From Malacoraja senta (Eukaryota), in the NCBI GenBank assembly GCA_038087875.1, contig JAXLNO010000664.1, positions 62,001-103,216 on the forward strand: a stretch of DNA of 41,216 nt, written 5' to 3'. Under the pieces are notes generated by a model, which did no database searches, had not been told where the DNA came from, and saw only the letters and a list, made by a program, of their open reading frames with translations. Position 1 is the stretch's first letter; each line of letters opens with the position of its first letter. Made by a program: the position numbers and the translations under genes. This document shows positions 10,688 through 21,704 of the stretch, one piece after another.

Positions 10688-11729
10688 TAGCAATGTTACA
10701 AAATTTTGAGATTTAAAAAATAAAGTCTGCAATTTATCCCATCAGATAAAGCATAAAAAGAAGTTTAATTTGACACTTAATTCACTTTCATATCTTCAGT
10801 ATTAAAGAAGTTATGGCCATTATCATACTCAGAAATTAGCATCTAGTTCCCTATTGCTTTTCCATTGACTTAACACAAAAGCTGTGATCGAGGACAGTTA
10901 AAAGCCCATAACTTTCTTAAAAATTATGGTAACTGAAAGAAATTTTCAGGTATTATAGATTGAAGCATTCTGAAACAAATATGAAACAATCTTACTTCGA
11001 AGACATGAAAGTAAAGCATATAATTAGTTAGTTACCTAATTGTAGCTAATTACAAAATTCAATTACTAGATCTAAACATCTATCAATTTCTTAAGAATAG
11101 ATTAACATTTTTAAATAGCCTAAGTGTCCAAATAACATTCACACAATAATTCACAATATAACATAATTTTTAAATCTAATTTTCATGAATTTACAGGCCA
11201 AATGGAAGGAATTGAATGTTTAATACCTGTAAATTAATGGGCATTTAATTCATCTTGCGAGTGAGAATTTCTGGAACGCGATCTTTTGGAACGTTGATTT
11301 GCGGTGAATTTAACCCCGTATTGGCATGAAAAATACTGCCGTTAATTCGGGGAATAAAATCACCGTGTCGCATGACAAAATGTGAATTAAAGGCTTCTTA
11401 AGAAGCACTTTTATACATTTAAAGAAAGCACTTTCGTTTACCTGTCCATTGTGTGAAATCCGTCCCCGTTATTGGCGTTGACGCTTCAGGAGCTGATTTT
11501 AAAATGACTGTAGCGCTGACATTGACGATTTAATAAAAAAAAAAAAATCACAAAACGCGGGTAGGAACGATTTTGTCAGCGAAGTTTTGTACTCCAACAA
11601 AATATTTCCAGGACAAGGGAGGAGAAACCGCGTTTTAACCCCGCCCCCCCCCTTAAAGGCGCCAAAATCGCGCACACGGCCAGTGGCAGAATTACAGCGC
11701 GACTGAAGGTAAGTTTTGTAACATACCTA
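10688..11729. mobile_element. Non-autonomous DNA transposon with 7-bp TSD (hAT-like)
   Basis: Imperfect TIRs TAGCAATGTTACAAAATTT / (reverse complement) TAGGTATGTTACAAAACTT. Perfect TSD CAGTACC (10681-10687, 11730-11736). Confidence 0.85.
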
Positions 11730-11737
11730 CAGTACCA

Positions 11738-11900
11738 AGTCATAGAGTCATACAGCCCAGAAGCAGGCTCTCCAGCCCACTGTGTCTATGCTGGACATCA
11801 AGTGCCTATCCATACTCATCATATTTTCCAGCACCTGGTCCATTGCCATTTCAAGAGATCATCTACATACTTCATAAATGTTGTGAGAGTACCTGTGTCC
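11738..11900 (-). mobile_element. CR1 3' tail, decayed
   Basis: agtcatagagtcatacagcccagaagcaggc... matches the CR1 tail family. Confidence 0.6.
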
Positions 11901-12144
11901 ACCCCCGCTACCCACCCCCACCCCAATTTCAACCACTCTCATATTTTTCCAGAACTACATTCCATGTGCCTTTGCTCTGTCTATCCTACTAGCATGTCTA
12001 TATTGTTCTGAAGTAGAACACAAAGTGCTAGAGTGCTTCATCAGGTCAGGCAGCATCTCTGGAGGGCATGGATAGGTGTCGCCTCTACGCTAGATTTCAG
12101 CATCTGCAGTTCCTTGCACTCTGAAGCCAAAGATTGTCCTCTGT

Positions 12145-12438
12145 AGACTTTAGACTTTAGACTTTATAGATACAGCATGGAAACAAGCCCTTCGGCCCAC
12201 TGAGTCCACGCCGACCAGCGATCACCCCGTACACTAGCACTATCCCACACACTTTACAGAAGCCAATTGACCTACAAACATGTACGTCTTTGGAATGCGG
12301 GAGGAAACCGGAGCACCTGGAAAAATCCCATGTGATCACAGGGAGAACGTTCAAACTCCATACAAACAGTATCTGTAGTCAGGATTGAACCAGGGTCTCT
12401 GGCACTGGAAGGCAGCAACTCTACTGCTGCACCACTGT
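12145..12438 (-). mobile_element. HE1-like V-SINE with (CTAAAGT)n tail
   Basis: Contains the V core and the B-box ggttcaatcct on the minus strand. Confidence 0.88.
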
Positions 12439-12639
12439 TTTCACAATCAACAAGCTGTGAGCTGACGAATCATAACTCCTCCCTACACACCCAGATTGCT
12501 AATATAAATTGCAAACAGCAAAGTTCCCAGGTCCGATCTGTAAGGTACACTTGCAATCGTAGGAACACCTTTCCGCCACCAGCCTAGCTTTCTATCATCA
12601 AGCCAATTTTGGATTCAATTTGCCAAACTGCCCATGTGA

Positions 12640-12775
12640 TTAGTACAGATTTCAGGGGTTATGGGGAAATAGCAGGAGAATGGGGTTGAGAAGGAGAGAT
12701 AGACCGGCCATGATTAAATGGCGGAGTAGACTTGATGGGCTGAATGGCCTAATTCTGCTCCTATCACTTATGAAC
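12640..12775 (+). mobile_element. CR1 3' tail (second subfamily)
   Basis: ggttatggggaaatagcaggagaatggggttgag...aatggcctaattctgctcctatcacttatgaac. A sister copy lies at 13098-13335. Confidence 0.7.
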
Positions 12776-12944
12776 GTAATCTCATCTTCTGCACCCACCT
12801 CCTGTGTGGGATCTTCTCAAAGTCATTACTAACGTCCAGATTCATGCAATACTGCGTGGGAGAGAGTGAAGATGAGAAAAAGGGAAGAGGCATTTGATTG
12901 AGTGTACCCTTAAGCAATAACAATCTGTCTGAACCAAGTAATAA

Positions 12945-13560
12945 AAAGGAACTGCTTTATAGATGCTGCTTTATACCAAAAATGTTGGGATAACTCAGCG
13001 GCTCAGGCAGCATCTCTGGAGAAAATGGTTAGGTGATCTTACATGTCGGAACTTTTCTTCAGACTGATTGTAATGGGTTGGGGAGGGGGGGTGGGGGAGG
13101 AAGAGATTCTTTAGTTAGGGGGTGGTAAATCTGTTGAATTCCTTTCCACAGAAGGCTGTGGAGGCAAAGTCCGTGGATATATTTAAAGCAGTGATAGATA
13201 GATTTTTGATTAGTACGGGTGTCAGAGGCTATGGGGAGAAGGCGGGAGAATGGGGTTTGTAGGGAGAGATAGATCAGCCATGATTGAATGGTGGAGTAGA
13301 CTTGATGGGCAAAATCAATTATGATCTTATGATACTGGAAGCGAGTAAAATCTGTATCCCTCTTGGGATCACAGGGTCTCTTGCCAAAAATCGGCGTATC
13401 CGGGAACCTCCTTGCCGATTTGTCCATGTTTTTTTTCTCACTCTGGTTTCTCCCCCCCCCCCCCCCCCCACTCCTACAATGATCTGTCTGAAGAAGGGTC
13501 CCGACCTGAAACGTCACCGATCCATTTTTCTCCAGAGATGCTGCCTGACCTGTTGAGTTT
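12945..13560. mobile_element. Penelope-like inverted arms (12945-13095 minus, 13420-13560 plus) enclosing a CR1 3' fragment (13098-13335)
   Basis: cttcagactgattgta on the minus arm corresponds to tacaatgatctgtctgaagaag on the plus arm. Confidence 0.7.
13478..13526 (+). ncRNA. Putative minimal type I hammerhead ribozyme (Penelope-associated)
   Basis: CTGAAGA-A-GGGTC cc GACCT-GAAAC-GTC. The flanks AATGATCTGT and ACCGATCCATT can pair as an imperfect stem I. Confidence 0.6.
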
Positions 13561-14304
13561 GTGTCTGTGCCTGTATCTGTGTTCAGCCATACATTTCATT
13601 CTCAATGAAATCTAAAACCTCATATTTTTATTTTCTCAATAAGCCATTGCAAGTGCAAATCTTTCCAAAACCTATCGAGGAATTAACTTCAAAATGGTTC
13701 TGCACTACTGCACAGAGTAAACACCAAACCATTTTTCATGAACAACATTGAAATAAAATCTTTCTTATTTTATAACGTACAGATGCAAAAGCTGATTTAT
13801 TCATTCTAACACAATAAATCTCTGCATCAATTCCATTAGTGGCTATATTGCTGACTCGGCCTGTACTATTTTGTTCCTCCCATATTTTAGAGTCCCCGGT
13901 GCCCCTGAACTGCATTAATATATTTGCACATTACCTGGTTAGTTAAGTTGCTGTTAAATCATTTGAGAAGTTGCAAATGACTAATCTTCCAGGCCTCCTT
14001 ACTGCTGGTAAGCTAATGGAATCCTATAGACCCAACTCATCCAGCGGAAAATTGAAGCAATTAGAATTTCCATTCATCACCCTTATAATCAAAAGGAAAA
14101 CAGCAAGATGAACAGGCTGATTAAAGTGGAAAATATCCCCATTATAACTTTCCGTCCAGCTAGTAATGAGGGTTTGATTGAATTTTCCTTAGAGCTGGTG
14201 GAAAGAACCTTCAGTTATTTTCCTTTATCATCAGCCTTGGACTAAATAACTTGTGAGCTGCCACCTTTTACCCTCATGTTAGGGTACCCTCGTGTTAACA
14301 TTAG

Positions 14305-14965
14305 CCTTAGTTTAGTTTTGTTTATTGTCATAGGTACAGTCTTCTTCTTATCGAGTCCACACACAAGATTAGAATTTGTTCAGGCAGAGCTGAACACACT
14401 TCTCAGCATCCGCATACAATGGTGTCTGTTGTGTCGCTTCTTGTGCTTCTTGTGCATGGTGGTGGAAAGATTGGTGGAAACAGGGCCGCGACATGTACGC
14501 TCTTTCCTTGACCCCATAGGTACAGTGAAAAGCTTTTTTCGTTGCGTGCTACTCAGTCAGCTGAACAACTATACATGATTACAATCAAGCTGCCCACAGT
14601 GTACAGATACAGGATAGAGGGAGTTACGTTTAGTTCAAGATAAAGTCCAGGAAAGTCTGACTAAAGGTAGTCTGAGGGTCTCCAATGAGATAGGATGGTT
14701 CAGTTGCCTGATAACAGCTGGGAAGAAAATGTCCCTGAATCTGGTGGTGTGCATTTTTACACTTCTGTACATCTTGCCTGAAGGGAGAGGGGGTAAACGG
14801 GAATGACTGAGGTGAGACTGGCCCTTGATTATGCTGGTGGCCTTGCCAAAGCATCGTGAAGTGTAGATGGAGTCGATGGAAGGGAGGTGTGATGGTTTAG
14901 GGTGCACCCATAATTTCTTGCGGTCTTGGAAGGAGCTGTTCCCAAACCAAGCTGTGATGCATCCC
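14305..14965 (-). mobile_element. Rex1/Babar-like LINE 3' fragment
   Basis: GCITAWFGN...LPSIDSIYTSRC...LPSGKMYRSVKMHTTRFRDIFFPAVIRQLN plus the shared tail. Confidence 0.88.
14341..14514 (-). mobile_element. 174-bp retroposon with (AAG)n tail, possibly Ingi/Vingi-like
   Basis: Perfect 12-bp TSD CATAGGTACAGT (14329-14340, 14515-14526). The minus strand ends ...gtggactcgataagaagaag. Confidence 0.7.
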
Positions 14966-15107
14966 AATAGTTCACTCCATCATCCTCTTAATGTGGTTGC
15001 CCTGTTTACATTGTTTTTCTGTAATGTAATAATCAACTGTAAAGTCTAATGACTAGAAATTGGATCACAAACCTATGTTTATTTTCGGGATGAATCAAAT
15101 GACCATT

Positions 15108-15215
15108 GGTTTAATCCAGTGTAAATCAGATTAAATCCAGTGTAAATCAGGTCTGATCCAGTAAACCAGGTCTAATCCAGTGTAAACCAGGTCTAATCCA
15201 GTGTAAATCAGATCT
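15108..15215 (+). repeat. 21-bp minisatellite, 5 copies (GGTCTAATCCAGTGTAAAYCA)
   Basis: Directly visible tandem units; the third copy lacks 2 nt. Confidence 0.92.
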
Positions 15216-15455
15216 ACAGCCATGATTGGGACAAATCACCCCAGTTAGTAAACCAGACTGGCCCCTACGTATTGTGTCACCCTGACAGGGGTACCCCGTC
15301 GTGGTGCACATGCAAATGTCATCCCCAAGGCAAGGCTCTATTTCAGTATTTGGTGGGAACTCAAACCAGTTTGTATTGGGGGTAGGAACCCATCATTGGC
15401 CATATTGCCTTGCTGTAGTTCTAGCACCTTGAGTCTTGCAGGTAAAGCATGATAG

Positions 15456-15770
15456 AGGGGCGGCACAGTGGCATAGAGGCATTGCTGCTGTCTTACAGCG
15501 GCAAAGACCCGGGTTCAATCCTGACTACGGGTGCTGTCTGCATAGAGTCTAAGTTCTTCCTGTGACCGCGTGGGTTTTCACCGGCTGCTCCGGTTTTCTC
15601 CCACACTCCGAAGACGTTTGTAGGTTAAGGATAAGGTTTGTAGGTTAATTGGATGCTGTAAATTATAAATTGTCCCTAGTGTGTAGGATAGAACTATTGT
15701 ACGGGGTGATTGCTGGTCGGTGGGACTCGGTGAGCCGAAGGGCCTGTTTCCACGCTGTACCTCCAAAGTC
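15456..15770 (+). mobile_element. HE1-like V-SINE
   Basis: ggggcggcacagtggc head, B-box gggttcaatcct, V core, and tail gccgaagggcctgtttccacgctgta. Confidence 0.88.
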
Positions 15771-16151
15771 TGAAGAGATTGTGCTCAGAACTATGAGCAT
15801 GGTACCATAAACATCTGATACTGACGTTCTTCAGTACGTGGAGTATGGGAAAGATTCACAAAGTATTAAATGTTGCCACCTTCAGTACGTTGATGTCTAC
15901 TGTTCCCAGAGGTTCGCACTTTGGGATGGGATCAGCTTGGAGGCTGTCTTCTCTCAATCCTGTCAATAAATTGGAAATTCCTCTCCTCTGAAATAGTATT
16001 CCTAACTCCGGGACTGAAGGGCTTGATGTGCCCAGAAGTATGGCAGTAATGGATCATTCTCAAGAGCAGCACCAGGTCTAGGAGAAAGAATCTAAGATCT
16101 GCCTCCTAGCCCTTTGGACAAGTGCGTGCTAACACACATGATCACGTTCAA

Positions 16152-16504
16152 GGGAACCCTTGCATTCCCTCTCTCTCCATCCCTCCCCCACCCTAGCCAT
16201 TCTACTAGTTTCACTGTCGTCCTGCTTAGTTTCACTGTTTGCATCCACTCGTTATCATCTTCTCCACAGCCAACAATGGACCATTGTGAGCTCTACCTTT
16301 CCTTGATCATCTTTGCTGGCTTTGATTTGTTCTTTTCATACCTTTCATTCATTTGGTCTTTGCACCATTTCACACCTCTAGTTTCCCTCCCCCCTGGCTC
16401 TTAAGTCTGAAGAATAGATGACCCGAAACATCACCTGTTCCTTTTTCTCCAGAGGTGCTGCCTGACGCGTTGAGTTACTCCAGCATTTTGTGTCTATCTT
16501 CAAG
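16152..16504 (+). mobile_element. Penelope-like element 3' region (~350 bp)
   Basis: Pyrimidine-rich body plus terminal repeat, flanked by TGATCACGTTCAA / TGATCACATTCAA (candidate 13-bp TSD). Confidence 0.75.
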
Positions 16505-17431
16505 TGATCACATTCAACACAGGCTTAAGTCCCACCACAAACAAAGCCCATGGAAATCAGCAAAGAACAGCGCACACGGTGTCACGTGAACCCTGATCTG
16601 GTCTTTCAACCACATTCCAAACAGGCTTGTGGTGAGAGCATTCGATCCTTTTGGTCATTTATTTATTCCCTTTCTTCCAATAACTAAACCGACATTATAT
16701 TAGTTTCCCCAGCAACTTCAAAGTTGTAAATCATGCCAGTGTTAAGTATAATTAATCAACTCTGCGTCGCCTTCTATTTGGAATCAAACAGAAGCAATTA
16801 AACAGCAGTCCTGTTATGAATGTTCACCATTTACATATGTATTGGTTCTGCTGTGTGTCTTGCGCTAAAATCAATGAAGTTTAATTACAAAAGAAAATAC
16901 CAGAGAATAGTCCAACTGTGGAAAAATGAAACAAATTAGGCAAGTAGAAATGGGAACGCTGGCAACTCACCGCCTATTGAAGCAGAAGTTGATCCCACTC
17001 CCCTGTTCCCTCTGGCCCCCTTTTGCATTTGATCAGAGGTTAGTGTGAATTAGGTAAGGCAAAAAGCAGTCTGTTTGGATGCACGGAAGAACCTGCCATT
17101 CCATTCACGCGGTACTGGAAGCAGCACAATACATCTCGCTGGAAGCAATCTCAACAGCACATATAATGAGGCTTGTTTCATCAGACTGCACTTTGTGTAC
17201 ACTTAACTAAAGCCAGCCCGAATGACTACACTGCAACAGCATTTCACTGTGTTCCTCCACAGCTGTAAGATTCTTTGAAATGTTCTGTGGTTCATGGAGC
17301 CACAGAGTAAAAGTGCCCAGAAGAAGGGCAGCAATGGAGCATTCTCAACAGGGGCACCAGGTCTTGGAGGAAGAAGCCCTTTACCGAGAGCTGCCTCCTA
17401 TCCCATTGGACAACACACATGATCACATTCA

Positions 17432-17850
17432 AGGGAGCCCTTAAATTCCCCCTCTCTCCGTCCCACCCCCACCCTAGTCGTCCTACTAGTTCCACTGTCG
17501 TCCTGCTTAGTTTCACTGCTTAGTATCCACTCGTTATCACCTTCTCCATAGCCACCAATGGACCATTGTGAGCACTTTTCCTTGTTCATCGTTGCTGGCT
17601 TTGATTTGTTCTTTTCAATCCTTTCATTTATTTGTTCTTTGTACATTTTCATACCTCTAGTTTCCCTCTCCCCTGACTCTCAGTCTGAAGAAGGGTCTCG
17701 ACCTGAAACGTCACCTATTCCTTTTCTCCAGAGATGCTGTCTGACCCACTGAGGTACTCCACCATTTTGCGTCTATCTTCGGTGTAAACCAGTATCTGTA
17801 GTTCCTTCCTGCACATTCCTGCGCATCTGTAATTCCTTCCTGCACATTCA
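17432..17850 (+). mobile_element. Penelope-like element 3' region, second copy
   Basis: Colinear with 16152-16504 and carries an intact hammerhead core. Confidence 0.75.
17683..17714 (+). ncRNA. Putative minimal hammerhead ribozyme core
   Basis: gt-CTGAAGA-A-GGGTC tc GACCT-GAAAC-GTC-ac; predicted cleavage after C17712. Confidence 0.55.
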
Positions 17851-18214
17851 ACCCAACACTTCCATGCTGACCAGTGGGCACCAACCTTCGATTTTCCAGC
17901 ACCCTTGGTTCCAGAGCCTAGCCGTATTATCCATTTTGCCGGACCAAATTGGATAATGGCCTCGGGGGGCGGGGGGTGACAGACCTGCAAAGTTGGCCAT
18001 GGAATTCGGCTATGGGAACAGATCTGGACAGAGTTCCAGAGCCATGGCCGCAGGGGCAAATTCAACCCACCAATCGGCCGCGGAAGTCCCAATGTGGTCA
18101 AGATTGGCCACCTCACCCTGCCTGGGGGAGCCACTTTTTTTGGTGGGGCATTTCAAGTGCACTCTCCTAATTCTGTCTGAATTACGTAGAGAAGGAACAA
18201 GTGACGCTTCTGGC

Positions 18215-18302
18215 CTGAATTAGGGTCTCAACCTGAAATGTCACCTATTCTCCAGAGAAGCTGCCCGACCCGCTGAGTTACTCCAGCTTTTTGTGTCTAT
18301 CT
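18215..18302 (+). mobile_element. Penelope-like terminal repeat
   Basis: agggtctcaacctgaaatgtcacctattc...gagttactccagctttttgtgtctatctt. Confidence 0.7.
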
Positions 18303-19083
18303 TGGGATTTCACAATGTTCCCTGACATCTTTCTGTGCATTGTTGCAGAATTAAATCTACTAACTATGTCAGTGGAAAAATCTAAAATGCTCGTTCTTTT
18401 AACAACCCTCTCAAATAATGCCTGACCAATATCATGTCACACTTTGTTTTATAATACTGGATGTTTGATGTTATGAGAGCTTCAGTGAAAGAGTCAACTT
18501 GGAATCCATTTGAATTCTAATAACATTAATGCAATGCATTACATTTGCAATTACTGGTCAATCACACTGACTGATAAATTTTGCATGATATAAATTGCAG
18601 AGTTTAGGTAGAGACTGCTGATGTGAAATACAATCTACCCTAAACTTGGAGGAAGCGTGGGTAAATCTATTGTTGTTTCATAAGACATATTTGCCTTAAG
18701 GTGACATCACTTTCCACTCTTGTGACCAAGTTTAATTTTTCTTTTTTACTTGAGTTTTTGTCTACTTCTGCTCAACTATTCTGAACATTAATAATTCAGC
18801 AGCCAATTTGCCTGTGGGGACAGTGGCTGGTGTTATGCAGTAACCCTTACAATCTGTGTCAGTGCAGAAATGCTATTTTCCCCTTGCCTAACCGAAATGG
18901 TCCTGAATTTTATGGAGACTAGTCTCAATGGTGACCCATTTTTATTTTTCATTGGCAGAAAACGATCTCCTTGTCAAAGGCTGGCCAGCGACAGATCATT
19001 CAGTAGCGAGGAGCAATATAGAGCGTAGAACATTGAACATAAAACAGTATTGCACAGAAACAGGCCCTATGTGTCGGCTGTTG

Positions 19084-19310
19084 CGGCACAGTGGCACAGC
19101 GGTAGAGTTGCTGCCGTACAGTCCCTGAGACCCTTGGTTTTCTCCGGGTGCTCTGATTTCCACCCACACTCCAAAGACGTGCAGGTTTGTAGGTTAATTG
19201 GCTATGGTAAGTTGTAAAAAAATTGTCCCTAGTGTAGAGGATAGTGTTAGTGTACCAGGTAATCGCTGGTCGGCACAGGCTCGGTGGGCTGAAGGCGTGT
19301 TTCCACCATG
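19084..19310 (+). mobile_element. HE1-like V-SINE with internal deletion
   Basis: gcggcacagtggcacagcggtagagttgctgcc head joined directly to the V core. Confidence 0.8.
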
Positions 19311-19311
19311 T

Positions 19312-19798
19312 CTTTACATCTTCGCAAAAACACTACGCGGTAACGATTACATTTTTACATATTCCGACTGACATTTTTTCCGTCGAGGCCGGGACCATCT
19401 TATCTGAACATTTTATGCTTTATTTCTCGACTTATTCTCGACTCATTACTGATTAAAAGTCTAAAAATTCAAAAGACTTTAAAATTAAAACCACCAGTTT
19501 CAACTGATGACTTCACAATGGCTCAGCTAGCAGAGACCAGCCTCAATGAAGATTTCATCCTTATCCACGTTATTCACGATTATAGCTTAAATGACATCTT
19601 TCGCAAGATTTTTACATATTCTGATTCACATTTTACCCCTCGAGGCCGAGCTCACTTTCACTGAACATTTTATGCTTTACTTCTCGACTTATTACTGATT
19701 AAAGTTTAAAAAAATCAAAATACCTTGAATTTCAACTGATGACGTCACAATGGACAGACTAGCAGGGGGAGGGCGAATTGCTATTGCAACACGCAGGG
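19312..19798 (+). repeat. Two diverged tandem copies of a ~170-220-bp unit; possible Helitron-type fragment
   Basis: acatct.tcgcaa...atttttacatattc...tcgaggccg...ctgaacattttatgcttta..tctcgact...tttcaactgatgac.tcacaatgg occurs at ~19316-19535 and ~19594-19765. Confidence 0.7.
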
Positions 19799-19799
19799 C

Positions 19800-20713
19800 A
19801 ATAGACAAAAGACAATAGACAATAGACAATAGGAGCAGGAGTAGGCCATTTGCCCCTTCGGGCCAGCATCGCCATTCAATATGATCATGGCTGATCATCC
19901 ACAATCAGTACCCCGTTCCTGCTTTCTCCCCATATCTCCTGACTCCACTACCTTTAAGAGCCGTATCAAGCTCTCTCTTGAAAGTATGCAGAGAACCAGC
20001 CTCCACTGCCCTCTGAGGCAGAGAATTCCACAGACTCACAACTCTCTGTGTGAAAAAGTGTTTCCTCATCTCCGTTCTAAATGCCTTACCTTATTCTTAA
20101 ACTGTGGCCCCTGGTTCTGGACTCCCCCTACATCGGGAACATGTTTCCTGCCTCTAGCATATCCAAACCCTTAATAATCTTATATGTTTCAATAAGATCC
20201 CCTCTCATCCTTCTAAATTCCAGAGTATACAAGCCCAGCCACTCCATTCTCTCAGCATATGACAGTCCCACCATCCCAGGAATTAACCTTGTGAACCTAC
20301 GCTGCACTCCCTCAAAAGCAAGAATGTCATTCCTCAAATTAGGGGACCAAAACTACACACAATACTCCAGGTGTGGTCTCACTAGGGCCCTATACAACTG
20401 CAGAAGGACCTCCTTGCTCCTACACTCAACTCCTCTTGTTATGAAGGCCAACATGCCATTCGCTTTCTTCACTGCCTGCTGTACCTGCATGTTTACTTTC
20501 ATTGATTGATATACAAGGCCAAGGACCCCTAGATCCCGTTGTATTTTCCCTTTTCCCAACTTGACACCATTTAGATAATAATCTGCCTTCATGTTTTTGC
20601 TACCAAAGTGGATAACCTCGTATTTATCCACATTAAACTGCATCTGCCATGCATCTGCCCACTCACCCAACCTGTCCAAGTCACCCTGCATTCTCACAGC
20701 ATCCTCCTCACAG

Positions 20714-20716
<3 letters not shown>
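19800..20716 (-). mobile_element. CR1 LINE 3' fragment with (ATTGTCT)n tail
   Basis: MQGDLDRLGEWADAWQMQFNVDK...[13 protein letters not shown]...EGVQRRFTRLIPGM. Confidence 0.93.
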
Positions 20717-20747
<31 letters not shown>

Positions 20748-21450
20748 GACTTTATTGTCATTCAAAAATACACCAACAAATGTAAGTCTGAATGAAATTT
20801 CGTTGCATCTGGCTCACCGTGCAACATAAAACAACAAAAGGATAAAATGGATAAAAAGATAAAATGGATAAAAAGATAAAATAGATAAAATAGATACTAG
20901 TGGCGGCACATTATATGGAATTCAAGAGTCTGATGGCTCGGGGGAAGAAGCTGTTGCAAAACCTGGCCGTTCTGCTCCTTATACTGCAATACCTTTTGCC
21001 CGAGGGCAGCAGAGTGAACAGTCCATGATGGAGATGTGTGGGATCTTTTATAATGCTGTTGGACAAGCAACGTTTGCACGCAATGTCCCAGATTGAAGGA
21101 AGAGAAGTCCCGATGATTTTTTCAGCCGTCCTCACCACTCTCTGCACGGACTTCCAGTCGGAGGCTTTGCCGTCCCCAAACTAGACAGAGATGCAGCTGG
21201 TCAAAATGCTCTCTATGGTGCCCCTGTAGAAAGTGGTGAGGACGGGATGGGGGAGGTGAGCTCTTCTCATCCGGCGCAGAAAGTGCAAACGCTGCTGCGC
21301 TCTCTTAACTAGTGATGCGATGTTTTGTGACCAGGTCAGACTGTTCGTGATCTACACCCCCAGGAACTTAGCGCTAATGACCAACTCCACATCGATGTCA
21401 TTAATGTGTAGTGGTGTGTGACTGTGCCGGTTTCTCCTGAAGTCAACGAT
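20716..21450 (-). mobile_element. Rex1/Babar-like LINE 3' fragment with (TTGA)n tail
   Basis: VDFRRNRH...AQQRLHFLRRMRRA...FYRGTIESILTSCI...LLPSGKRY...NSFFPRAIRLLN. Confidence 0.9.
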
Positions 21451-21451
21451 G

Positions 21452-21658
21452 TCCTGAGCTACCATCTACCTCATTGGAGGCCCTCGGATTACCATTAGTT
21501 CGGATGCTACTGGACTTTATCTAATATTATCCCCTTTATCCTGTATCTGTACACTATGAATGGCTCGATGGTAATCAGGTATAGTCATTCTGCTGACTGT
21601 TTGGCACGCAACCAAAAATCCTTTCACCGTACCTCGGTACACGTGACAATAAACTAAC
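21452..21658 (+). mobile_element. Rex1/Babar-like 3' UTR
   Basis: Ends tttcaccgtacctcggtacacgtgacaataaactaac. Confidence 0.75.
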
Positions 21659-21704
21659 AATTCATAACAATTTTATATTCTAAGTTTCTCACTCTCTACT
21701 ATCT

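Noticed and set aside
15108..15215. 21-bp repeats as CRISPR or iteron
   Set aside because: Contiguous tandem units without spacers in eukaryotic DNA.
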